IMG/VR virus record: IMGVR_UViG_3300017963_000231
Span: 1 to 64,000 of that record
Direction: 5' to 3' (one strand)
DNA length: 64,000 nucleotides
Source: a virus
In this document: positions 46,078-55,512 of the stretch, in pieces
Numbering within the stretch: the stretch's first letter is position 1
How the letters are laid out: every line of letters begins with the position of its first letter
Notes under the pieces: generated by a model
The model's input: only the letters and a program-made list of their open reading frames with translations
Told to the model about the DNA's origin: nothing
The model's database searches: none
Program-made: the position numbers and the translations under genes

Positions 46078-46557
46078 ATGGGAGATGGGAAAGGCGCAGG
46101 TGGTGGTGGAGGTCAAATAATGAATGTTACCGGTAAATCCGGGGATGTTGTTAGAGAGGAGGTATCACAATTTATACGTCGCAATACCGAAATAGATAAT
46201 CCATACATGACAACGCAAGGACTTGGGACTGGCGTTAATTCTGGGTTGACGGCGGATTTTTTGCAAAGTCAACTTGATCCTGGGGCTAAGGTGACAGTCA
46301 CTACTCGCAGTGTGGATTCGGCTATCGGTAAGAATGGAAAGTTATCTGGTCCTGGAAAGTCTTTTGTGACTACTATCAGTGGGGGCGGGGTAGATGTCAG
46401 TGTGATAACATCTCAAGCCGGGCAAATTCGATCTAGTCGGATTAAACGAGTTCCTCGTTTGTATACAAGAGTCGAAGGAGGGGAGGGCGGAGGAAAATCT
46501 TTTCTCGGGTTCCCTGCCACGAGTATTTTTCAGACGGTTACTGGTAAACTCAACTAG
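46078..46557 (+). CDS. MGD-polyGly leader protein 4
   Basis: MGDGKGAGGGGG. Confidence 0.7.
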   Translation: MGDGKGAGGGGGQIMNVTGKSGDVVREEVSQFIRRNTEIDNPYMTTQGLGTGVNSGLTADFLQSQLDPGAKVTVTTRSVDSAIGKNGKLSGPGKSFVTTISGGGVDVSVITSQAGQIRSSRIKRVPRLYTRVEGGEGGGKSFLGFPATSIFQTVTGKLN

Positions 46558-47187
46558 AGGGAATAATGAACACCAAAAATAAAAAGGGGAATGATGGTGA
46601 AACTTCAGAGTAAGGACAGGGAACGCCATGCCGAAACAATCATGACGGTAGAGAAAAGGGCGGTTGCTTGCTATGATTGTGTGAAACTCACTTTGCTGAA
46701 AGACCTATGCTCACCGGCGGGTAGTCTGGATTTGACCTGCCCGGATTGCACGAAAAAGCGAGAGGCCGGGAAGATTGTCCTTTTTCTTATTTCGATGCTT
46801 GGGATCATGAGAATTGTACGCAAGGATGGGCGGTGCAAGATGATATGATGTGGTGTTATCCGGGTAGTTCGGCATGTCCACGGTTCGATGAGGGGGCTTT
46901 ATCTGGCGGGATTCGTGATCTTCTAGGTAGGGAGTAGGGCGATGATAGCTGATGTGATATGCGAGAATGATCTTTGTTTACATAACAATGGTCATGGTGG
47001 ATGCCGGGCATTGGGGATCAAGTTGGAAGTGAAAATGGTGGGGAAAAATAATTGTGTTTTGGCGTGTTCTAAGTACAAACTTGACCCACGGGATGAAGGT
47101 AAATTGAGTGATGGGAAAGATGATGAAAAACAATAAGTTATATACCGCATATATAGTGAAAATTAATGTGTAATGCATATCTATGCA

Positions 47188-47222
47188 GGGAAAATTACCG
47201 CATTGTGTGCGTAATTTTTCCC
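47188..47222. repeat. 35-bp dyad element, copy 4
   Basis: GGGAAAATTACCGCATTGTGTGCGTAATTTTTCCC. Confidence 0.8.
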
Positions 47223-47236
47223 GAGGAGGGTTGAAA

Positions 47237-47785
47237 ATGGGTGACGGGAAGGGAGGCGGCGCTGGCGGTGGAGGTACTGCGGCGGCAGTTGGCGGGAAAG
47301 AGGGACTCCGGGAACTGGATCAGGTTCTTCGAGGGGCGGAATCTTATTCAGGGACGATCTTGGCCGAGCAGGAAAGTCAGTATTTAGGTGGTTTCGGTCC
47401 GGTCCGGCGGTCAGGTCCGGCTCCTTGGGATCGGTTTAATTTCAGGTCTCAACCGAACGGCAATTTGGGCGGGATCCGGAGAAATGACCGGATTGTGATC
47501 ACGGGCCAGGGTTTCGGCAGTAGGAGGGATCCGCCAAGTCGATGGGTAACCGGTCCGGCTCGTGTCACTTCGGTTCGAGGGCGTGGGGATGGTCGAACGG
47601 TGACGGTTTCACCTATCGGGAATTGGTCTCGCCATCGGTCGATTACCCTGAATACGGCTCCTGCCAGGGCTCCGGGGCAGAGATTTACCACTTCTCCCCA
47701 ATCGAGTGAGGTCAGGACTAGTCCAAATACTCCGGCTCGAAGGAGAGGGGTGACGGTGATGACGGTAACGGGGAGGGCTGAGTGA
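47237..47785 (+). CDS. MGD-polyGly leader protein 5 (Arg-rich)
   Basis: MGDGKGGGAGGGG; GAGGAGG SD; coupled to TerL. Confidence 0.75.
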   Translation: MGDGKGGGAGGGGTAAAVGGKEGLRELDQVLRGAESYSGTILAEQESQYLGGFGPVRRSGPAPWDRFNFRSQPNGNLGGIRRNDRIVITGQGFGSRRDPPSRWVTGPARVTSVRGRGDGRTVTVSPIGNWSRHRSITLNTAPARAPGQRFTTSPQSSEVRTSPNTPARRRGVTVMTVTGRAE

Positions 47786-49572
47786 GTTTATCCAGTGAGG
47801 AGCAAGAACTTTTACGCCAGATTGTGGAGGAGTTCGACGATCACGGTGAGAGTTCTACGCTCGAACTCCTGCTTGGGATGGATTTTGATTACATCCTTCC
47901 CGATATGGAGACGTTCCTTCTTGACCCTTATTACATGGGACAGACCGGAAAATCCATATACCCAAAGCTCCTGGATGATTTAATTGAAATCTTTGAGGAC
48001 GGCCCATTCATTGAGATCCATCTGACTGGAGGCATTGGATGGGGAAAGAGCACGATTGCTGAATTTATCATGGCTCGGATGATTGCGGAGTGCTGGGTTT
48101 ATAAAGATCCGGCTACTGCATTCGGGCTCATGCCAGGGTCTACGATCTCATTTATGAATATTTCCGTGAGTGAGGGCCAAGCCCGGAGGGTCATTTTCAA
48201 GGGGTTATACCAAAAACTTACCAGATCTCCCTTTTTTCAGGAGTGTTGTCGTCCGGATCCGAAAGTTGTGACGGAACTTCGGTTCCCCAAGAATCTTTGG
48301 ATGGCTCCTTTGGCTTCGACGGATAATTCTGCTTTAGGACTCGATATTTGGGGCGGGATCATGGATGAGGCCAATTTTATGGCCGTGGTGGAGAAATCCA
48401 AAGCCGCCGGACGGGGGAATAAGCGGTTTGATCTTGCGGAGAACATCTATTATACCATCCAGCGACGGATGAAGTCTCGATTTATGGAGGCTGGCACTAT
48501 TCCAGGGAAGCTCGTGATTGTTTCATCCAAGAATTATCCCAATACTTTCATGGAAAGGCGGATGAAGGAGGTAAGGGATATGGAGGAACAGGGGGTTTTT
48601 ATACGTGATTATGCCACTTGGGAGCCCAAACCTTCGAGAATTTATTGTGGGGATACTTTCCCAGTGGAAGTTGGAGATGTGGCCAATGTTTCTCGTATTT
48701 TGACCCTGGAGCAAGCGGAAAAGGCCCATGGAAAGGTTATTGATGTACCAGTGGAGTTCCGGAAAGACTTCGAGAAGGATATCGATCAGGCTATTCGGGA
48801 TTTGGCTGGGGTTGCGACGGCTACAATTAACCCATATTTCAAGGATTTTCGGAAGATTACTACTGCGATTGACTCTCGGAGACATCCATTTACGGCTGAA
48901 AGCACTAATTTGCAGGATGGGGCGGGGTTTATTCAAGATTCGCTTGTGGAAATGGACCCAAGAACCAAGAAAACTATCCCTCGAATATCCCCGACTGAGC
49001 CCCGATGGGTGCATGTGGACCCGTCTTTGTCAGGGGATGCTACGGGAATTGCGATGGGGCATGTGGCCGGTCTTGTGGAGATCGAGAGGAAAGATGACGA
49101 TACGGAGCGGTGGACTATTGAAGAGGCTCCGTTGATTTGCATTGATTTTATGCTCCGGGTTGTCCCACCGGTTGGCGGTGAGATTCAGTTTCGGAATGTG
49201 AGGCAGTTGGTTTATTCTCTTACTGAGATGGGTTTTTTGATCAAGGGGGTATCGGCTGATAGTTATCAATCAGCGGAATCAATGCAACATTACCAGTATC
49301 GAGGATATCAGACGGCTCGATTTAGCGTAGAGCGTGAGGATGCCTATAAATTGCTCAAGGATGCGTTTTACGAAGGTCGGGTGAAGATGTATGAATATCC
49401 ACCGGTGATCGGTGAATTAAGGCAGTTGGAGTTTGATAAATCTTCGGGTAAAATTGATCACCCGGCTGGCGGGACAAAGGATGTTTCTGATGCCGTTTGC
49501 GGTGTGGTGGTGGGATTGATGAGGTATATGGTCGTGAAAAGTAAAACTAACTTTGGGGTACAGGTGTTTTGA
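47782..49572 (+). CDS. terL: Terminase large subunit
   Basis: GGIGWGKS Walker A, IMDEANF Walker B, HVDPS, KIDHP..GTKDVSDA nuclease motifs. Confidence 0.92.
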   Translation: MSLSSEEQELLRQIVEEFDDHGESSTLELLLGMDFDYILPDMETFLLDPYYMGQTGKSIYPKLLDDLIEIFEDGPFIEIHLTGGIGWGKSTIAEFIMARMIAECWVYKDPATAFGLMPGSTISFMNISVSEGQARRVIFKGLYQKLTRSPFFQECCRPDPKVVTELRFPKNLWMAPLASTDNSALGLDIWGGIMDEANFMAVVEKSKAAGRGNKRFDLAENIYYTIQRRMKSRFMEAGTIPGKLVIVSSKNYPNTFMERRMKEVRDMEEQGVFIRDYATWEPKPSRIYCGDTFPVEVGDVANVSRILTLEQAEKAHGKVIDVPVEFRKDFEKDIDQAIRDLAGVATATINPYFKDFRKITTAIDSRRHPFTAESTNLQDGAGFIQDSLVEMDPRTKKTIPRISPTEPRWVHVDPSLSGDATGIAMGHVAGLVEIERKDDDTERWTIEEAPLICIDFMLRVVPPVGGEIQFRNVRQLVYSLTEMGFLIKGVSADSYQSAESMQHYQYRGYQTARFSVEREDAYKLLKDAFYEGRVKMYEYPPVIGELRQLEFDKSSGKIDHPAGGTKDVSDAVCGVVVGLMRYMVVKSKTNFGVQVF

Positions 49573-49874
49573 TGCCTACTTGGGAAGATGAAATAAAGTC
49601 TAGAAATCTGGCCCGGAAACTTCGGGAGCAAGAGGAGGCTCGAAAAGAGGCTCTTGAGGAGACCCGGAAATGCGGCAATTGTGGGGCAGACGTTAAAATG
49701 GGGGATAATTTTTGCTGGAAATGTGGCAATTCCCTTGAAGGATCCTGGATTAAGGAATGTAAGGGTTGCCATCGGCTTTTCAAAACTATCCGGCCCAAGG
49801 ATCGGGAGTATTGTAATCGATGTGAAGGGGAAGCTCGGAAGAAGGCTAATTCAGGTGGGCTTATTCGGTATTAG
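49569..49874 (+). CDS. Zn-ribbon protein
   Basis: Four CxxC pairs. Confidence 0.6.
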   Translation: MMPTWEDEIKSRNLARKLREQEEARKEALEETRKCGNCGADVKMGDNFCWKCGNSLEGSWIKECKGCHRLFKTIRPKDREYCNRCEGEARKKANSGGLIRY

Positions 49875-49883
49875 GAGGCAATT

Positions 49884-51554
49884 ATGGCTGATAAAAAAAC
49901 AAGACGTGGTTCGAGGGGCGGAAAAAAGATCAAAGAGCAGCGGGTTGTGAATCAAGAAGAGGGCGTGGTGGTAAAAGTCCTTGAGTTCGGGGGTGATGAC
50001 GCTTTGCCGGATCGTGGGGAATCAAAGCAGTTAACTCCTGATGTGTTCGAGGTAGTCATAAAAGATGGTCAGGCTATTCGACCACTTTATGATCCCCTTC
50101 TTTGGGCGACGCTTCTGGAGCAGGATGTTCGCCTTTTCCGGTGCGTGACGGCCATGGCATTGAATACTGTGGGGTCCGGATGGGAGCTTTCGGCTCGATA
50201 TGATTCAAAGGAATTTGTGGAGGAGAACAAGGAAAACATCAAAAAAGAGCGGGCGGAAATCATGCCTTTGTTCAAGTATCCGAATTCAGAGTATTCCTTT
50301 GAGGAAATGATGCAGATGATCAAGACTGATGAGGAGGCCGAAGGTCAAGGTTACATGGAGGTGTCTCGGGACAATAAAGGTCAGATCGATGGTCTTTATC
50401 ATGCTCCCGGTCACACAATCAGGGTTTTGGCCGAGAAAAAGGGATTTTTGCAGATGAGGACCAATCTCGGGTCGGATTCCTATGTTTTTTCTCCGGGGAA
50501 AACGGCTGAGGATAGTATTCAAAAGGTGTATTTTAAGAATTTCGGGGATAAACGAGCGATTGATAATCGCACGGGGGGTGAAGCTAAGGGCGCTCTTGCT
50601 CCGGAATTTCGGGCAAATGAACTCATTCAGTTCAAAATTTATACTCCTCGGAGCTCATTTTATGGGATTCCGAGAGTAGTAGCGGCGGCTCCTGCCATAT
50701 CCGGTAATCGACTGGCTCAGTTGCGGAATGTTTCGTTCTTTGAGAATGATGCTACTCCCCGGTTGGCAGTTATTGTAGAAGGTGGAAATTTGGATACATC
50801 TTCCGTCAAGATGATAGAGAACTTTATTGAAGCTCGTGGGAAAGGCCCAATGAATTTTGGCAGAGTAATGGTCCTTCAACCGCAATCACAAGAGGCCGTT
50901 CCTGGGGCTGAGAGTAAGGCTAAAATCACACTGATGCCGCTAACTGTGGGTGTAACGGAGGATGCGAGTTTTACCCGATATCTAGTTTTGAATTCGGAGA
51001 TGGTTCGTGAGGCATTTGGGATTGGCAAGATTTTCTTGGGGACGGCTGATGATGTGAATCGAGCTACTGCTTTGACGATGAAGCAAGTGACCATGGAGCA
51101 AGTATTTGAGCCTGAAATCAAGAGGTACGAGCATAGATTGGATATTACCGTTATGCGTGATCTTGGAGCGAAGTACACGCAACTCAGATTTACCCGGCCC
51201 AAGATGACGGACCTTTCTTCGGATGCTCAGGCTTACGGGGTTCTTGCGGCGGCTGGGGGAATTACGCCTAATGACATCAAGGAACTTCTTGGCCAGGATC
51301 CATTTGCGGCAGAGTGGGGTAATACTCCAATTCCTCTTATTAAGATGGGTCTTTTGGAAGGCCGCGAAGTTCCGGCTGATTTCGCGGATGGTCCTGATAG
51401 TGGTGGGGAGGGTAATGCCTCAATCGAGCAAGAAATTGCACGAGCTACCAAGTTGTTTGGGGAAGCTACGGGGTTTTCCGGAACTTTGGATCTAATAGCT
51501 AATGGTGATCCTCAAGAAGTGGTGCATAAGTTACGGGCATTAGTGGAAAAGTAG
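49884..51554 (+). CDS. Portal protein
   Basis: Follows TerL; FYGIP, FFENDATP, ITPND motifs typical of PBSX-type portals. Confidence 0.9.
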   Translation: MADKKTRRGSRGGKKIKEQRVVNQEEGVVVKVLEFGGDDALPDRGESKQLTPDVFEVVIKDGQAIRPLYDPLLWATLLEQDVRLFRCVTAMALNTVGSGWELSARYDSKEFVEENKENIKKERAEIMPLFKYPNSEYSFEEMMQMIKTDEEAEGQGYMEVSRDNKGQIDGLYHAPGHTIRVLAEKKGFLQMRTNLGSDSYVFSPGKTAEDSIQKVYFKNFGDKRAIDNRTGGEAKGALAPEFRANELIQFKIYTPRSSFYGIPRVVAAAPAISGNRLAQLRNVSFFENDATPRLAVIVEGGNLDTSSVKMIENFIEARGKGPMNFGRVMVLQPQSQEAVPGAESKAKITLMPLTVGVTEDASFTRYLVLNSEMVREAFGIGKIFLGTADDVNRATALTMKQVTMEQVFEPEIKRYEHRLDITVMRDLGAKYTQLRFTRPKMTDLSSDAQAYGVLAAAGGITPNDIKELLGQDPFAAEWGNTPIPLIKMGLLEGREVPADFADGPDSGGEGNASIEQEIARATKLFGEATGFSGTLDLIANGDPQEVVHKLRALVEK

Positions 51555-51634
51555 CACTTGACAAGTCGGTATATTTATGTTTTACTCAATAATGAAAGGT
51601 TGAAGGGCCTTTCCAACCAAAGGAGGATAAAGAC

Positions 51635-52019
51635 ATGGCAAAGAATCAAGCGGGATTGACTGGACCAATCGGTGGGACTGCCAAGCGGACTTCTGCGGTG
51701 ATCGACACTGGAAAGCAGAATAACGATCCGATGGCTTCTCCGGATTCCAAATCCAGCATGAAAACTCCCAATCTGACTGCTCGCAAGCAACGCCGGATGG
51801 CAGAGTAAGGGGGGCGGGGCCATGGCCCGTAGGAATGATAAGTTCCTGCGTCAAGCAACGGAAGCTATTGCTTCTAATGCCAAACCGGGTTTCCATGGCG
51901 AAGTCACCGTCCAGGTGAAAATTCAGAATGGGGTTATCCAGAGTGGTCATGTAGAGAAGTCTACTCGGGTGTCCCGGCAAGGGAACACTACGTTAGTAGA
52001 AAAGATCAAACTGGATTGA
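51635..52019 (+). other. Two small ORFs (51635-51808, 57 aa; 51822-52019, DUF2292-like) behind a promoter at 51558-51586
   Basis: TTGACA-17-TTTACT; AGGAGG SD; FHGEVTVQVKIQNGVI. Confidence 0.55.
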
Positions 52020-52055
52020 GCTAGTCGGTATTAGCCGGGCCTCATGGTATCAGGC

Positions 52056-52095
52056 AAGCCGCTAAGGGGTTATTATGCCCTTTAGCGGCTTTTTT
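52056..52095 (+). terminator. Rho-independent terminator
   Basis: AAGCCGCTAAGGGG...CCCTTTAGCGGCTT followed by a T-run. Confidence 0.8.
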
Positions 52096-52109
52096 ATTTG
52101 GGGGTCAAT

Positions 52110-55100
52110 ATGGAGCTTGATAAATCCTTTGAATTCGGGTTAACGGTTTGTAAGGCCCGGAGGGATGAAGAGGGCCGGATGATTGTTACGGGTTATGGTT
52201 CTGATACCATGACTGATGGGCATAAAGAGAAGTTTGATACTCACGCCATTAAGGGAATGCTGGATGCAGTTCGGAACGGCGTTCCTCTCATGACTTCACA
52301 CAAGGATTCGTTTGGGTTTGGAGAATCGTTCGATGGTCGGATTGTTCCCCTGGATAGCGGGGAGGTCGGGCTTGAGGTTGATTTTCTTTTGAAAGAGAAG
52401 TACCCGCAAGCGACGGATCTTTTTGAGGCTATTCAAAGCGGAAAGTGTGATCAGCAACTTTCCGTTGGCGGGAAATTGAATATGTCCAATCCTCGGGCCG
52501 CTTACCTTCTTAGGGACGGTACTAAGGTACTTCATGATTTTGATTTGGATCATTTTTGCACGACTCGGCCTAAAAAGGCGGCGAATCCTCGAACTCATTT
52601 TAAGGCCGCAATGTTTGAATCCCTGGAAAAGGATGGGATGACCGATGAGGTCTGGAAAACATTGGAGGTAGATGATTCTGAGGCTGAAAGGCTGGCTCAG
52701 GTGGGGGGAAGCATCGAGAAATTTCTGATGCTCAGTCCTTCCATGGATTCGCCTATGACGGGGAGTGTTAATCGGGAAGATGATCCGCTTGGCGGTAATG
52801 ACAGGTCTTTTGAGGATTTGCCGTCGTTTAAGCAAATGCGTGATGCTGGGTACAATGCTTACCACGTTCCGCTTTATTGGGAGGGTCATCCCGTTCAACT
52901 GGCGATGCGTGATGTTCGGATGGATCGGAAAAAGTGCTTGGAGAATGTCGGGCGGTATAAATTCGATGAGATTGAACCGATGGTACGAGCCAGTGGGGTA
53001 AAAAACCCGGTGGTAGATAGTAAAGGGATGATTTCTCTTTACGGCGATTATAGTAATGTCGGGAATATGGATGATCGACCGGTCGGTAAAGATCCTACGG
53101 GAAAACGGGCCGTTCGGTATTATCGAATGTTCCCGTCGGCAATAAACAATGACGGTGAACTGGAATATGATGATCTTGGGCGACTGAAAGGTGGCGGATT
53201 CTTGTTCATGAAGGATGGGCGAAAAGTCCCCGGTGAGGATGATTACTCCCCCTTCTGGAGAGTTCCTTCCATGACGGAAGCACAAGTCTTGATCCCGGAT
53301 GCCGTGGCCAAATTGGCGGAAACCACTGAAAAGTCTGATCTTGAGGATACGGTGGAGAAGAGCATTAATCTTACCCGAACTTTGCTTATGCCCTTGTCCC
53401 TGCGGAAAATCAAGCTCAGGACTAAACCCACGGATGACCATTCTCATGAGTTGAGGCTTTTCCTTGATTCCTCTGGCAAGGTAGTTGACGGATATACCTT
53501 TGACGGCGGATCATCCTTTGCTCATGGCCGGAGGGCTCAGGCTACTCAGGATATGAATGACCGTGAATCGTTCCGGCTTCGCCATGACCACGTTCATATC
53601 GTAGTGTTTACGGGAGGCAAGGCCGTTCTTGCCGAAGCCTTGGGGCATACTCATGAGTACGAGTTGCCTGAAATGGAAAAGGAGACAAGCGAAATGGAGT
53701 TTCACAAAGAGAAGGTACGGCATAGGACCGTGAATAGCGGCGGCTACTTTGCCGTGGGCGAGAAGGGCATTGGAGCGGAGGTCTATGAGGAAGCTCCTAA
53801 ATCCGCTGATCTTACTCAGACGGGTCAAAGTTCCTATGCACTTCTCTTGGAGAGTGAACACGGACAGCACATTCGCCAGCTTGGGAAGATTTCCAGGGCA
53901 GAGGCTCAGAAGATGGCTCTTGGGGCCGTCAAGCCTGAAGGTGGGAAAGTGGTAGTTGGTCGGTCGATTGGCCGTCTCAATAATCGCAATCTCTACCGGA
54001 TGCTTTCAGAGTTCTCTCCGGCGGACGGGAAAGAGGAGGCTGAAAAGGCGGTGCCTTTCCGGTCTTACCCACTTTCGGGTAACCGGCGGTGGTCTTTTAC
54101 GGCGAATGAAGGGAATGCGATTCTCAATCAGTTCGGCGGTGAGGATTCAGAAAGAGCGTGGAAGGCTTACGAGAATGCTCATGCGTGGTACAACTCGGAT
54201 GCTGGTAATGGTACTCCTCGAACTAAGGGAGCCTATGCTTTGCCTCATCACAAGCTGGAAGATGGTTCTATGCGAACCTTCCCCGGCGGTGTGATTGCGG
54301 CTATGGCGGCTTTGAATGGTGCGAGAGGCGGTGTTACTCGCATTCCGGCGAATGAGAGGCAAGGGGTTTATAACCATCTTTCTCAGCACTATCGTCAAAT
54401 GGATATGACTCCCCCGGATTTGCGGGGAGCCAAGGAAGGTTATAAGGAAGATATCGGGGTTGGCGAGACTGACTCTGAGTATCTGGATCAATTCATCAAT
54501 TTCCATAAGGAGCAAGGAGTAGATCTTGATTGGCTTCCTGCTTTTATGGATGAGTTTTCAAAAAGTGAAGAGGAGGTAGACAAGATGGGCGGTGAGGAAA
54601 AGAAAAAGGATGAGACCACTGCTCCTCCCGTAGAGGAGACTGCGGTGGACGAAACTACGGATGATAAGGAAACTGAGGCTCCGAAAGAGGAAGCCAAGCA
54701 AGAGGAAACCGTGGAAACCAAGACTGATACCGGACTTCTGGAGAAGTTTATGGTGGGTCTTGGGCTGAAAAAGGCTCCCAATCCGAAGGTTGAGCGCACA
54801 CTGACTCTGATGGAATCGGCTCAAGATGCTCTTGAGGGCGTGGAAATCGGGGAAGATGATGCCGCTCCCTTGATCGGACAAATGGCCAAGCTCGTTTCCA
54901 TGGTCAAGGCCGGGGTAGAGGCGGGAAAGATCGACCTGGATGATCTTCCTGCTCGCGATGCTCGGTTGCTCAAGGCGTTCCTGGATGGGAATCCGGTGGA
55001 GGCTCCGAAAGAGGCTCCGAAACCTACTCCCAAAGAAGAGGAGCCCGAAGAAACCGATGAGAAAGCGGAATCTGCGGAGATCGATTACGATAAATTGGCC

Positions 55101-55481
55101 GATAAATTGGCTGAGAAGTTCGATCTCAAGCCGAAAGAAGCGGGTGAGGATGCCGGTGATGCTCCCAAGGAAGAGGAAGCTCCCGAGGATTCTCAAGATG
55201 AGGATAAAGAGGAGGAGACGGATACCAAAGAGAAGTCCGCTCCGGAAGATACTGGAACAGTTGAGAAATCTGAGCAGGACGATGCTCTTGCCCAAATACT
55301 CAACGGTCTCAATGATCTTTCGAGCCGGATTGAGAAGGTTGAGAATGTCTCCGGTGTGAGCAAGTCTTTGGACGGCCAGGAAGGTGGCAAAAAGAAACCC
55401 GGTAAGGGTATCTTCTCAGGAGCCATCCCCCACGTTCACAAGGCTCGCCAGATTCAGGAAGCCAAAAAGCAGGGCAAGTAA
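52110..55481 (+). CDS. Prohead protease fused to accessory domains and an acidic scaffold
   Basis: N-terminal HK97-type protease (SH, LSVGG, AANP); acidic C-terminus; lies between portal and capsid. Confidence 0.85.
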   Translation: MELDKSFEFGLTVCKARRDEEGRMIVTGYGSDTMTDGHKEKFDTHAIKGMLDAVRNGVPLMTSHKDSFGFGESFDGRIVPLDSGEVGLEVDFLLKEKYPQATDLFEAIQSGKCDQQLSVGGKLNMSNPRAAYLLRDGTKVLHDFDLDHFCTTRPKKAANPRTHFKAAMFESLEKDGMTDEVWKTLEVDDSEAERLAQVGGSIEKFLMLSPSMDSPMTGSVNREDDPLGGNDRSFEDLPSFKQMRDAGYNAYHVPLYWEGHPVQLAMRDVRMDRKKCLENVGRYKFDEIEPMVRASGVKNPVVDSKGMISLYGDYSNVGNMDDRPVGKDPTGKRAVRYYRMFPSAINNDGELEYDDLGRLKGGGFLFMKDGRKVPGEDDYSPFWRVPSMTEAQVLIPDAVAKLAETTEKSDLEDTVEKSINLTRTLLMPLSLRKIKLRTKPTDDHSHELRLFLDSSGKVVDGYTFDGGSSFAHGRRAQATQDMNDRESFRLRHDHVHIVVFTGGKAVLAEALGHTHEYELPEMEKETSEMEFHKEKVRHRTVNSGGYFAVGEKGIGAEVYEEAPKSADLTQTGQSSYALLLESEHGQHIRQLGKISRAEAQKMALGAVKPEGGKVVVGRSIGRLNNRNLYRMLSEFSPADGKEEAEKAVPFRSYPLSGNRRWSFTANEGNAILNQFGGEDSERAWKAYENAHAWYNSDAGNGTPRTKGAYALPHHKLEDGSMRTFPGGVIAAMAALNGARGGVTRIPANERQGVYNHLSQHYRQMDMTPPDLRGAKEGYKEDIGVGETDSEYLDQFINFHKEQGVDLDWLPAFMDEFSKSEEEVDKMGGEEKKKDETTAPPVEETAVDETTDDKETEAPKEEAKQEETVETKTDTGLLEKFMVGLGLKKAPNPKVERTLTLMESAQDALEGVEIGEDDAAPLIGQMAKLVSMVKAGVEAGKIDLDDLPARDARLLKAFLDGNPVEAPKEAPKPTPKEEEPEETDEKAESAEIDYDKLADKLAEKFDLKPKEAGEDAGDAPKEEEAPEDSQDEDKEEETDTKEKSAPEDTGTVEKSEQDDALAQILNGLNDLSSRIEKVENVSGVSKSLDGQEGGKKKPGKGIFSGAIPHVHKARQIQEAKKQGK

Positions 55482-55512
55482 CCCTGGACAAATAAAGTAG
55501 GAGGAAAAAATC

